Below the pieces are notes generated by a model, which worked only from the letters and a program-made list of their open reading frames with translations, made no database searches and had not been told where the DNA came from. A DNA stretch of 64,000 nt from contig NC_068995.1 in NCBI RefSeq assembly GCF_001194135.2, forward strand, positions 1,806,145-1,870,144, given 5' to 3'. This DNA comes from Octopus bimaculoides (lineage: Eukaryota). Each line of letters begins with the position of its first letter. Positions within the stretch are counted from its first letter, which is position 1. This document shows, piece by piece, positions 12,285 through 23,828 of this stretch. Made by a program: the position numbers and the translations under genes.

Positions 12285-15200
12285 TACACATACAAACACA
12301 CACACACAAACACATACACTCACATTTGCATGCTCAGATATTATGTTGGAGAGTTCCAAATTCTGGATTAGTTAATCCAGATTACAAAAAGATAAATCCT
12401 GTCATTGCAACCTGTTGCAATGATCTCGTTAATCTTTAATTGCTCTTTAATTAGTTTGTGATTGGTTTCTGATTCATCTATGATTAGTCTTTAATTGATT
12501 TGTGATTGGTGTGTGATTGATCTTTGATTGATCTTTAAACTTTGGGTGCAAAGAATCTGTGATCTGTTGGGTATGGCTTTCATTACTTCTTAATTATTCT
12601 TTAAACTGGCATTTGATTGAACGCTAATTAGTTTTGGATTATCATGAATTGATCTGTTAAATTTTGTTCCAGAGGAACCACGACCTGTTGGTTTGGTCTT
12701 TGAAATTCCATTGTCAAGGTGTATAGCAAATGAAAATAACTTGAAGAAGCGGCGTAACAAATCCCTGGGAGAGGCAACAGAGAAACGTGAATTGAAGTAA
12801 GTAAGAATTGCTAGCTTTCACAACAGCGACAATAATAATGTTACATCTGTTCATGTTCTGAGTTTGTTGTGTCCTTAAGATGTTTGCTTGGAAATCTGTT
12901 GGTTCTGAGTTCAGTCTCATTCTATGGACTTTAAGCAAATGTCTTTGGGAAAATGTCAAATCTTCAAGCAATTACATTTTTAGGCAAATGCTTTTGGACA
13001 ATTGTATTTGGAGCAAATGTCTTTGGGCAATTTTTTTATATCTTTGAGCAAAGGCCTTTGGGCATATATCTTTGCGCAATTATTTTGGCCAAATGCCTTT
13101 GAGCAAATGTTTTTGGCACCTTGGACACTATAGCTCTGGACTGACCAAAACCTTCTTAGTGAATTTGGTAGACAGAAACTAAAAGGTGGCTATTGTGTGT
13201 GTGTGTGTGTGTCTTCTTGTCTTGACACATGATAGATGTAAACAAATGTCACTGTTACACAAGCAGTGCCATTTATTTCTGAGAAAACCTGTCTCTGACC
13301 ATTTTGGGGAAATATTCCTTTGTTTGGTAAGGGTTGGTGACAGGAAGAGCATTCGCCTGTAAAAAATCCACTTCTATAAACCCTGTTCGCAGAAAAGTGA
13401 ACTTTAAAGCAATGATGACGAGGAGGAAGGTGATGGTTATCCAGTCAGAGAGGAGTGATGTGTGAGTAGCCATTGATGGAGTAAATACCAGTTATATATC
13501 AGGGTGTCAATTCATTCAACTATCATGTTAACTCAGACAGAAATTGTCAGTGCATCTTGTGGCTTGTCGAAATCAATCGATTGTTAAGTGGATTGCCACA
13601 TTGTTGACAATCCGGCTGAACTTTAATGTTGATCCTTGCTAAATGTCAAGAAATATTACTTAAAGATGGAATTTGAAATGTGGCAGAAAAATTATCCCAA
13701 ATCATTTCCACCAATCTCTTCACGGTTCTTCTGAGCAAAAGGAGGAAAGAGGGGATTGAGGAGATGGCTGTGTGGACGTGTGTGTGTGTGTGTGGATATA
13801 TGTATGTATACACTTGTGCATGTATGCGTGAATATGCATACACATATCTGTACATATATATATATATATATACACACAAAATATATACACAAACACACGT
13901 GTGCACACTCACACACACACATGTATACACGCACACATGTATGTATATACACACATGCACACACACATATATACATAAATACACACACATATATGTGTGT
14001 GGTGGGGTATGTGTGGATATATGTGTATATACACATGTGCATGTATGTGTGTATGTACATGCACACATCTGTACATACATATATACACACAAAATATATA
14101 CACAAACACACACACAAACAACCATGCACATGCATACATATACATAAATACACACACATACACACATGTATGTGCGTAATGGAGGACAGAGTTGTTAAAA
14201 CTTTGCAACAGTTTTTCTTGAAGATCAATATTTTTACTTTCTTCTTATTTGTTTGTTCAATTGGTTGATTGACTGATTAAGTGATTAATCATTGATTAAT
14301 TATTCTTCTTCTTCCTCCTCCTCTCCCCCTTGCTACTTCAGACAACCTTGTACATCTTCAGAAGGTTCCACAGAAGCCTTGATTGGACACAATGGTAACG
14401 CTGCACATCCACTGGAGACATCAAACAATCGCTCTGTGAGTAACATCATCAGCATCATCATCATCATCACCATAATCTTATTCTTCTTTTTCTTTCCTTC
14501 CTTCCTTCTTCCCTTTTTTTTCACCTCCTCTTTCTCCTCTTTCTCCTCCTTCCCCTCGTATTTTTCCCATTCTCCATCTCACTCCACCACCACCACCACC
14601 TGCTTCTCCCCTCCTCTTCTGCATCTTCCTCTTCTTCCCCTTCCTCTTCCTCGTCCTCCCCTCATCCACCTCCTCCTTCGCATTTCTTTCCTTCCCCTTC
14701 TCCTCTCCTCTTCCTCCTTCTCCTCTTTCTCTGCCTTCCCCTCCTTCTCTTCACTCTACCATGACCACAATCACCACCTCCTCCCCTCTTCCTCTTCTGC
14801 ATCTTCCTCATCTCTTCCTCCCCTTCATCACCCTCCCCATCTCCTTCTCCCCTCCTCTTCTCCCCTCCCCTCCTCTTCTCCCCCTCCTCGTGTTCCTCCT
14901 CATTCAATGCTTTAATGATTTTAGTGAAATGTTGAATAAATTCCGTTTTTTTCTTTTCAGTTCCACGCAGGCAGCACCGACTCTTTGTCTGAGTCAGAAG
15001 GGAACCCTGAGCAAACAGACAAGGGTTCAAGTCTCATTGAAGCATTATCTTTATCAATATCCGGAAGAGAAAGTGTTAATGATGAAAACCTTCAACACCT
15101 TTCTGGAGATGGTCCAATGGTGCCACAGATAGTTCTGGCTTGTTTCAGACATATAGAGACATATGGTAAATATCGTATTAAGGAATATATATACATACAT

Positions 15201-18200
15201 ACATACATGTGTGGTTGACATGGAGCAGACAGGGAAGGAGAAAGAGAGACACAAAAATGGAGGGGTGGACAGATGGACAGGGAGACAGACAGATGGATAT
15301 ATATATTGACAGACAGATGTCATCATCATATACATGCACTGAGTGAAATGACGAAGGACTTATTTAAACAATCACCTGAAGAAGTGCATTTCACACTTTG
15401 GATGGATGATAATGATTGCACATCTCAACAATCTAATACAGGCGTAAAAATGTGTTGAAACGATTGTAGTGACTTTAAATGAAGAATGTCATTCATTCCA
15501 TTTTCTGTCATTTATCTACTTATATAATCTCTGTGGATACTATAGAGTTCCTGATGTATATTCAGCAGTAAGAGTATTTCCACTGTATGATGACATCAGA
15601 TAGCCAATGACTGTGGTTGAGCTTTGCTTAGCATTCGGCAAGATTGTCACCTGAATTTTATTTAACTTTATGTATATATATATATATACATATATGTATG
15701 TACGCACACACACACACACACATACACATATACACAAACACACACACATACATGTATATGTGTGTGTGTGTCTTATGTTGTAAAATTGAGAAATTCTGTA
15801 ATTCCAGTGTGGAATTAAATTCGGGAGTTATTTTTCCAACAGGTTTCCATGTTTTGGGAATATTCCGAGTTGGGTGTTCAAAGAAGAGAGTCAAACAGGT
15901 AAGTTTTGGAGCTTGGCTTTTCCCTTTCTTTCTCCCTTTTTCTCTCTCTGTCCATATATACACACATGGATACACACACACACACGACCATACACTTTGC
16001 ACACATTCATACACACATATACAATGGGCTTCTTTCAGTTTCCATTTAACAAATCCACTCACAAGGCTTTGGTTTTGTCCATGGCTATGATATAAGACAC
16101 ATTGCTAAGGGGTGGCCATGCCAAAGCCCAAAGCCAAGTGGTTCGGAATGGAAGTTGTTTGCCACACAGCAATGCAATGTCATTCATTTCCAATATTTGT
16201 CTGGCTATGAGGAAATATTCCACTGCTTGGAAACAGATGAGGGTTGGTGAATGGAAGGGCATCCAGCCTTAGAAAATCTGCTTCGATAAAGTCCATTTGA
16301 CCCATTCGAGCATGGAAAAGTGGATGTTAAAGGAGGACAGTGATATTGTTTGTCTTTTAATATTGTTTTATGGTTAAGGTGGTGAGCTAGCAGTGTCATT
16401 AACACACTGGACAAAATGCTTAGCAGTACTTCGCCCGTCTGTAAGTTCTGAGTTCAAATTCCACTGAGGTCAACTTTGCCTTTCATCCTTTCAGGATTGA
16501 TAAATTAAGTACCAGTTGCGTACTGGGGTCGATCTAATCAACTGGCCCCCTCCCCCAAAACTTCGGTCCTTGTGCCTAGAGTAGAACGGAATTGATAGCA
16601 TACAGGACAAAATGCAACATTACATCCGTCTTTTAACATTCTGGGTTCTAATTCCAAAATGCTTAGTAACATTTTATCAGTCTTAATGTCTTGAGTTCAA
16701 ATTCTACCAAAGTCGACTTTAGTTTTCATCCTTTCGGGGTCAATAAAATAAGCACCATTCAATTATTGGGGGTCGATGTCCTAGACTCACCCCTTCCTCC
16801 GAACATGCTGGCCTTGTGCCAAAGTTTGAAACCAATATAGGTTTATGGTTGATACGGCATCACAGCATCAGAATATTAACCAATTCCTCCACACAGTGAA
16901 TGTTTAACCTCTTCTGATAATTGAAATAATGACAGAATAGTGAACAACCTTACGTTAAATATTCATTCACCCACAACTTGTACTTTAAACCTTATCTCAT
17001 GGAAATTCTGCCCTTCTTACTCCATCTCTGCTCATTGCTGCTTCCAGCAACAGCTGTTAATGATGATGATGATGATGATAGAGATGATAGAGATGATAGA
17101 GATGGTGGTGGTGACGGTGGTGGTAGCGATGATGATGATGATGATGATGATGACTGTAAAGCTCAGCCAACCCCCTGCTAGCACTTGGATTAGAGACAAT
17201 CATCGTTAGCCCCTTCCCTCTCTCTTTCTTTCTCTTTCTCTTTATCCATGTTAACGATTAAAAATTCATTAAAAGCTATCAGAAGCTTCTTAATATAATT
17301 AATATAGTTAACAGCTAATTGCTCTTAAATAGTTTCCAGTCTGAAAGTAAAGCAGGTAATTAACCAAACGTGTGTGTCTGTGTGTGTGTGTGTGGATCTA
17401 TATGTATATATATTTATATANNNNNNNNNNNNNNNNNNNNNNNNNNATATATATATATATATATATAAAATGTATGTATATAGTTTTAAAATCTTAGGAA
17501 ATAATAAGTATTCCAGATTATCAGGACACTTACTATTTTACACTTTATTAATGCAATGTAAACACTATCATATCCCAAATTTGTAATAATATATATATAT
17601 ATAGATAGATAGATAGATAGATATTTACACACACACACACACACACGTGTGTGTGTGTGTAAAAGGCACCCAGTCCTAGAAAACTCTTCTTGAAGTACTG
17701 ACATTTAACCCATGCAAACATGAAATGGAAGAAAGTGTTGTTAAAAATTTGTCCTACAAATATTCCTCACAGATTCTTTATATTTGCTGTGTTCTAAAAT
17801 GAAACTTTCTCATTGCAGTTGCGAGATGAATTTGATAGCGGCAAAGACGTCATCCTTGATGAATCTCAGAACCCACATGATGTCGGTGCCCTATTAAAGG
17901 AATTTTTTCGAGACTTACCTGAGCCCCTACTTACTCGGGATCTTTATTCACCTTTTGTGGCCACACGACGTGAGTTGAGCCTTAGAAAATTGCTAATCAT
18001 AGATTAGACTGGATTAGGCCAGGGGTGACCCTCTTGTGAGTGTTGTAAACTTACAAGGGGGTGATAAATGCTGGGGAACTCTATGAGTGCTGCTGAGTTT
18101 TAGATGGAGGGGATGGTTGTTATTTTTCTTAGAAAGGAAATATTTAAACCAGATACACTAAATATATTTTAAATACATTTTCAATGATAAAAATCTACAT

Positions 18201-21200
18201 GCACATATATTTAACACATTTGTGTGCATTTGAATATGGAAATGCATTTTGCTGTGGAAGTAGCCATTTTGTTTCTTACAGACAATACATGTGAAAATAC
18301 ATCATTGGGCAATTAATGATCTCAAAGAATTGTAAGGTACATGCATTTCATTATCATTGCACATCATCAGCTACGAACATCAACTCAGTCTTTCACAGTT
18401 CTTTAAGAACAGTTGTTTTTATATGAAAGAACAATACAAACATGTTAAATGTGATTGTATTCACCTGTATTTCAGTGAGCGCTGCTTTGTTCATCTCTCG
18501 TTAATTAATTCCAGGTTGATCAAGCTTTGCACACATCAGTAATTGTATTATTTGCTATTCTTATATGTATAAGTACAGCTGTCTTGACATGGTTGTGAGA
18601 GGTGATTCAGTGTTTGTAACTGATGAAGTATATCGATGCATGAAGAGCTTCTGTACTGTGTAGCATTTGGAGCATGGCTTATACAGACATGGACTGATGC
18701 ACACAGGCATATATAGAAATGCATGCATGTATATCTGTATACATGCATACACACACACAGCTGTCTCTGTATATATATTTTTACACACACACACACACAC
18801 ACACACATGCACATCTATCTCTGCATATATTTACACACACACATGCACATCTATCTCTGTATATATATTTATACGCACACACACACACACACATACACAT
18901 ATCTAAGGCATCTCCCTTATACAATACAAAAGTATGATGCTTAAGATTTTATTTTTAAAAAATCTGTTTCAGTAAAAATAAGGAAAGCAAACATATATGT
19001 GTGTTTGTATTTGTGTGTGCGTGCACATGAGTGCATGTGTGTGTGTGCGTGCATGCGTGTGTGTATGTGCATGTGTGTGTGTTTGTGTGTGTGACTGTAT
19101 CCACCAGACTGTTAGCTGTTTATACTCTGCTGGTCACAGTGTACTTACTCTCATTGTTGTAGCTTTTCAATGATGGCATTCCACCCAACTGGTGAATATA
19201 AATATGTAGATTATGCATGTGTGTTTGTGTGTGTGTGAGTGTCTCTGTGTGGACACAAATCTTTGTGCCCATTATGTGTCTATAAGCCATGCTCCAAATG
19301 CCTTGCAGTGCTCACCACTTTGGCTTCTTCACACATGGATTTCTCCGTTTTCAGTTATTTTATGATAATAATAATCATAATAGTAATTAGAAGAAGAAGA
19401 AGGAGGAGGAGGAAAAGGAGAAGGAGGGTAGGCAGAGGTGGATGACAATAATAATAATTATATTCTAGATGAATTAGATTAGTGTTCAGAGTGGAGTTCA
19501 ATGCAAAAAAACAAGATGATAGGTACCAATACTCTAGCTGGGCCAGCTTCAAGTTGCAATATTCTTAATTCGATGCTAAAATGCACCAACCAAACTAGAC
19601 AGGAAAACAAGAAAAATAATGAAGGAATTTAGAATACAACACCCAAAATTTGACACAGAAATGTTATATATACAATGAATTGATGACAGTAGAAGTCTTA
19701 TACAATTAGAAAATTAGTATAGAATATCCATTCTAGGATTACAGAACCAAGGGAAACTGATACAAATAGTGACAAAAAAAAAGGGAGCAAAACAAAAAGG
19801 AAAAAAAAACTGTTTTCTGTCTTCAAGGAAGCTGAAAAATACAAGAAAGAGGTCAAAATACTTGACAACTATGAAGAAAAAGAGCAAATGAAAGCTGTAA
19901 AGCAACTCAAATCTAAACTAAAGCTGGAACTACAAAATACTGGGATAAAACGATGACAAAAAAAGGCGGGGGCTGCCTGGCAAATAAGCTGAAGAGAAAA
20001 GAAATAGAGAAAGTAAAATCTCATCACTTGTTCGATTCATCCATTCTGTCGACAGATATTGTTTTTTTTCTTTGTTTTTATTTTTGTTGTATTGGTTTTT
20101 GTCTTAATGCATGTTGTCTGGTGCAATCTGTTGTATGATGATGATGATGGTGGTGGTGGTGGTGATGGTGGTGGTGAATGACTGTTCAGGTTTCCTCATT
20201 AGTTCCCCTAATTAGTATGATTAATTAAATATCACTAACACAGAGATATAATTTGTCTTTTTTCACCATTTACTCTTTCAGGAATCAACAACCCTGAGAA
20301 GCAGATTTTGGCCCTTAAGTTGCTGGTTTCTCTTCTGCCAGTCCCTAACAGGGATACTTTATGGGCCTTGATGAAGTTCTTGAGGAAAGTTGCTCAACAT
20401 TCCACAGATACCATTGATAAGAATGGTCAAACAGTGAGTAATGGAACCAAACAGGTTTACTCTGTGTGTGTGTGTGTGATATGTTTGTATAATGTGTGTA
20501 TATGTAGGTGCATAATGTGGATATATGTGTGTATGTAATGTATCTATGTGTGTATGTGTGTGTGTGTATGTATAACTGTATGTGTGTGTATGTAAATATG
20601 TGTGTATGAGAGAGAGAAAAAAAGACGTACCGACAGACAGACAGAGTGGTTCCCTACACCTTTCTTACTGATCTGATTTACCAAATTCTTTCCAGTTACC
20701 CGGGAACAGAATGGACTCAACAAATTTGGCCACCTTATTTGGCCCCAATATTCTTCATAAAGCTAAAGTGGGAGAAAGGAAATACATGGTGGAAAGTTGT
20801 GCCAGAGCCGAGGAGAGAAAAGACGTGATAGAAGTCGTGAAGACAATGATTGAAGATTCTTCCATTTTTGAGGTAAAAAAAAAACTACAACCAATTCTCT
20901 CTCCATAGCTTTGCTGGTGTTGTTGTTGTTGTTGTTGCCAGTACCTTGGTCCAGGGATCAAAGAGACAAAACCTTCAAATTCCTTTGAATTTTGGAGAGA
21001 ACATCCACCATAAGGGTTTGAAAGGGGTCTCCTTCAACCAGACAAAATTTCTCTTAAAGGCTCTGCCAACCTCAAATAGCTTTCATCAAGTTCACCAAAG
21101 GGATAACCTGTCCCTCTACATCAACGGTTCTCAACCAGGGTCCATATAAGATTTTGGTGGGTTCCATGCATAAATTGGGGATCCACTATAGTATTTTAAG

Positions 21201-23665
21201 GGCCCCTGAAAAACCTTTTGCTTTGGACGTGTCTCGTATTGGTGTGTATTGTAAGAAACAGTTGGGTTTCTTTCTCTAACGTTTTAAATAGTTCAACCTA
21301 CACAAGTTTAAGTGTAAATAAACAAATTGGGCATTTTGAAAGAAGTTGCTATAAAACTAGGTTTTAAACATTGAATGGCTAGGGGGTGGGGCACAAGAAT
21401 AAAATAGAAATCAAAGGGGCCCATAGATAAAAAAAAATGTTTAGGAACCCCTGCTATACACCCTGCCAACAGATGTAATTATGTCCACACTACTTGCTTT
21501 CTTTAACAGAATTTTAATTTTCACAAAGTTCTAGCCCTAGCCCTGAAGTAAGGGCAGACAACTCCCAGTGCACTAATTGTTTCTTTCTGATTGTTTAAAC
21601 AGATCCCACCAAATATTTATGATGAAGTCCTGCGTTACATCATGGAAGATAATCCAGAAGTGTGTGATAAGTTACTGAAACATATTGCCAGTGATAGTGG
21701 GTAAGTTGTTCTGATTGCACCATTATGGGTTTGAGGTTGGCGACCAAGAGTAATGGACTTGAGACCACCCCTGTTGGAAAACTATGATATTCCGAGAGCG
21801 AAATTGGAATCAGACGACAAAAGTGGTACAGTTGTGTAATGCGTGTGTGTGTGGATATATTTAAAAAGTTCCCTTCACCACCATGAAGTTTCGGGTTTGG
21901 TCCCACTCTCAGTATGGTACAATTGGGGAATGTCTGTAATGGTTCTGGGCCGACTGATGCTTTGTGAGTGAATTTGGTCGATAGAAGCTACAGGAGGCTC
22001 ACAGTGCATCTATACAAGCGAACGCGCGTGCGATCCTCATCAGTTTTACGTCCATTTATCAGTGAGACAAAATTTATTGATTCGCTCTGTTGTTTCTCAG
22101 ACACTACCGCCCGTCTTCCTTCCAGCGACGAAAACATGAATGGAAGAACTTGTTTAAGTTAATGAAAATAACGGCGTGTTTCGTATTGAGTCTTTCCCTT
22201 TTTATACTCGTCAGTTTTGCTTTTGTGGTAAATCATAAGTTATTGAGAGTTACTTCCCTTGACGAGCGGAATTTCAGTTTTTCTGGACAAGCGACGGAGA
22301 CACAAACACGATTGAGTGGATTGTAATGCTTTGTTAATGAAACTCGTTAATGTTGCGAGGATTCTGTTAATGAGATTAATTACAAGTCACAATCTTAAGA
22401 GAAACTTTGTTTTTGAAAAATTTCACATCTATACTTTCTGCTTATACACTTGTGACAGCATTCACTGGGGCTGGGTTGAGCTGGTCTGAGCAACGAGTTC
22501 ACCATGGGCCCTTACAAATACTGACTACATTCAACAGTTGGTCCTGACGTTCCAACTGGCAAAGTAATGCTTCTGGCTGCAACTCAAAAATGCTCCACTA
22601 GGAAAGAAATGCATCAGACAGCTTGGACGCCATAGCTACGGTTGTCATTCATTGTTGAGGTGTAGAGTTTATGTTTGGAGTTTCAGCTGGGATACATGTT
22701 TACATGTGACTCCCAGTCACATGTAACATTTTATACATGTCTAGTAAATTATTTGACAACTAAATTTATATTTTTGCTATCTTTTCTTGAGTATTCTTCA
22801 TTGAAATTTCGTTCTTTTTAATTTCTTCAGAGTTGATGTTGGTTTGGAAACTAGTTATGGGAGTGTGTTTAGTGAGGGTGAAAGCCAACAGAATCTCCAC
22901 CCTCGCCAGACACATCGATTATGTTCTTCACTTTCTGATGCTGGAGACAGCAGAGGTGCGAACCTCCACCGACAACTCAGTTCCCAGTCTTCGTACACAT
23001 CCTGCCCATCGGATTCTGAACGTGACGATACCGACCCACGTCAAGCGGGACCCGATTACCACCGACGCCAAGCAAGAATGATTCTTCGTCAACGCTGCAA
23101 GACATCAACTGACCTCCAACTCTCTCCAACCGGCCTTAATGTTTCGGTTCCTGTCAGAAACACACAGCAATTGCAGGCATCAGGCAGCCAAACATCAAAT
23201 ACCACATTGACAGTTCCACAGCAATCACAGTATATTAGGCAGAACAGCTGTCCAGGGTTGTGTTCCTCTTCTACATCACCGCCATCATCATCATCATCAT
23301 CATCATACTTCACTCCATCTACATTGGTCCACATCGTAGATCAGCGCTCTCCCAAACTGGGGCTTTCCAAATCTGAACGAGAACTCTCTCAGACAGGTTA
23401 TTCAAGACTGCTAGCTCACTCCAGAGAAAGCTCTCCTGCATCCACTCCTCCCAGAATCACCACCACAACATCATCGTTGTCATCACCATCATCATCATCA
23501 ACACCTCCGACATCATTCACCTCTTTGCAACAAGCACAGCCTCTCAAAGCACCAAACTCTCAGTTGCAGAGAATTGCAGAATGGCAAAGAGAAAGATGGC
23601 GCCAATGGGGTCATTTAACTTCAGATAAATCTGAAGAAAAAAAGGAGCATGAGACTTTGGTATAA
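1221..23665 (+). CDS. ARHGAP6: Rho GTPase-activating protein 6/36-like gene, 12 coding exons (listed below), 741 aa from ATG 1223; further 5' exons may lie upstream of the window
   Basis: Hand-joined exons total 2226 nt in frame with matching phases. RhoGAP motifs GIFRVG (Arg finger), [19 protein letters not shown] and [17 protein letters not shown]; N-terminal W-x-x-x-SGRKV-x-L and C-terminal WQRERW...ETLV resemble ARHGAP6 as recalled from the human protein. Confidence 0.92.
3066..3765. repeat. About 207-bp perfect direct duplication (3066-3272 and 3559-3765) flanking an N-gap
   Basis: Identical sequence on both sides of gap 3273-3415. Confidence 0.9.
9520..9725 (-). mobile_element. Young SINE-like retroposon with (GAT)n tail (family A; RTE-like 3' end inferred)
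   Basis: Near-identical to copies at 11526-11690 and 24300-24455; older copies at about 2380, 5590, 8810, 16200, 30170, 32490, 42870, 47450, 56990 and 62190. Confidence 0.85.
10560..11035 (+). mobile_element. Probable retroposon 3' end with short triplet tail, ending about 50 nt upstream of the RhoGAP exon 2 acceptor
   Basis: Non-coding unique-looking block ending CACTCAATGATGATGATG; family identity is inferred, not verified. Confidence 0.35.
11084..11243 (+). CDS. ARHGAP6: RhoGAP exon 2 ([53 protein letters not shown])
   Basis: tttttgtag / G|gttggt; similar to ARHGAP6 WNSMSGRSVRL...LQEVA; phase 0 to 1. Confidence 0.88.
11526..11690 (+). mobile_element. Young family A SINE copy, opposite orientation to the 9520 copy
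   Basis: GAGTGGTTGGCGTTAGGAAGGGCATCCAGC...CCAACCCATGCTAGCATGG...AAACGATGATGAT. Confidence 0.85.
11890..11970 (+). CDS. ARHGAP6: RhoGAP exon 3 ([27 protein letters not shown])
   Basis: tttactgcag / G|gtaagc; phase 1 to 1; basic stretch as in ARHGAP6. Confidence 0.85.
12673..12796 (+). CDS. ARHGAP6: RhoGAP exon 4 ([41 protein letters not shown])
   Basis: ttgttccag / AA|gtaagt; VFxIPL..IAN motif; phase 1 to 2. Confidence 0.88.
14342..14435 (+). CDS. ARHGAP6: RhoGAP exon 5 ([32 protein letters not shown])
   Basis: polypyrimidine tract + ttcag / TCT|gtgagt; phase 2 to 0 bridges exons 4 and 6. Confidence 0.8.
14961..15165 (+). CDS. ARHGAP6: RhoGAP exon 6 ([14 protein letters not shown]...[10 protein letters not shown]...[15 protein letters not shown])
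   Basis: ttttcag / G|gtaaat; LIEALSLS and VP.IV..C..HIE match ARHGAP6; phase 0 to 1. Confidence 0.92.
15843..15898 (+). CDS. ARHGAP6: RhoGAP exon 7, arginine finger ([19 protein letters not shown])
   Basis: ttccaacag / CAG|gtaagt; GIFRVG motif. Confidence 0.95.
16378..16590 (+). mobile_element. tRNA-derived SINE (family B)
   Basis: A-box-like head, B box GAGTTCAAATTCC, central GGTCAACTTTGCCTTTCATCCTTTC..GATAAA..AAGTACCAG. Other copies at about 16620-16840, 27189-27395, 48020-48225, 59170-59360 (+) and 2640-2810, 2860-3035, 50110-50310, 50335-50535, 53530-53737 (-). Confidence 0.85.
17819..17969 (+). CDS. ARHGAP6: RhoGAP exon 8 ([11 protein letters not shown]...[31 protein letters not shown])
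   Basis: cattgcag / C|gtgagt; core RhoGAP motif. Confidence 0.96.
20282..20433 (+). CDS. ARHGAP6: RhoGAP exon 9 ([51 protein letters not shown])
   Basis: ctttcag / ACA|gtgagt; LLP..NRDTL..L..FL..VA motif. Confidence 0.95.
20696..20872 (+). CDS. ARHGAP6: RhoGAP exon 10 ([22 protein letters not shown]...[11 protein letters not shown])
   Basis: tttccag / GAG|gtaaaa; N.M...NLA..FGPN.L motif. Confidence 0.96.
21122..21453. mobile_element. hAT (Charlie-like) MITE
   Basis: TIRs CAACGGTTCTCAACC / GTTTAGGAACCCCTG; flanking 8-mers CTCTACAT and CTATACAC (6/8 match, degenerate TSD). Confidence 0.65.
21603..21700 (+). CDS. ARHGAP6: RhoGAP exon 11 ([32 protein letters not shown])
   Basis: tttaaacag / GG|gtaagt; similar to ARHGAP6 VPPDLQNEVL...DPDVVDYLL; phase 0 to 2. 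Confidence 0.92.
22831..23665 (+). CDS. ARHGAP6: RhoGAP terminal exon 12: Ser/Thr-rich tail ending [12 protein letters not shown]...HETLV*
   Basis: atttcttcag acceptor in phase 2; long open frame (ORF 22844-23665); TAA stop at 23663-23665. Confidence 0.92.
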
Positions 23666-23685
23666 TGGATTCCTGGAAAATGTAA

Positions 23686-23728
<43 letters not shown>

Positions 23729-23784
23729 TATGTATAAATATATACACACACACATATACATATATATAAATATTATATATATAT

Positions 23785-23828
<44 letters not shown>

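Noticed and set aside
13780-14170. About 215-nt tandem duplication (and a similar one at about 7640-7990)
   Set aside because: Duplicated compound CA/TA microsatellite; ordinary slippage or unequal exchange.
14292-14915. 207-aa Ser/Pro/Leu ORF
   Set aside because: Only 14342-14435 is a real exon; the rest is read-through into a (CTT/CCT)n low-complexity intron.
16378-16470. tRNA-like heads with A/B boxes (many copies)
   Set aside because: No cloverleaf or acceptor stem, and they continue into SINE bodies; these are SINEs, not tRNA genes.
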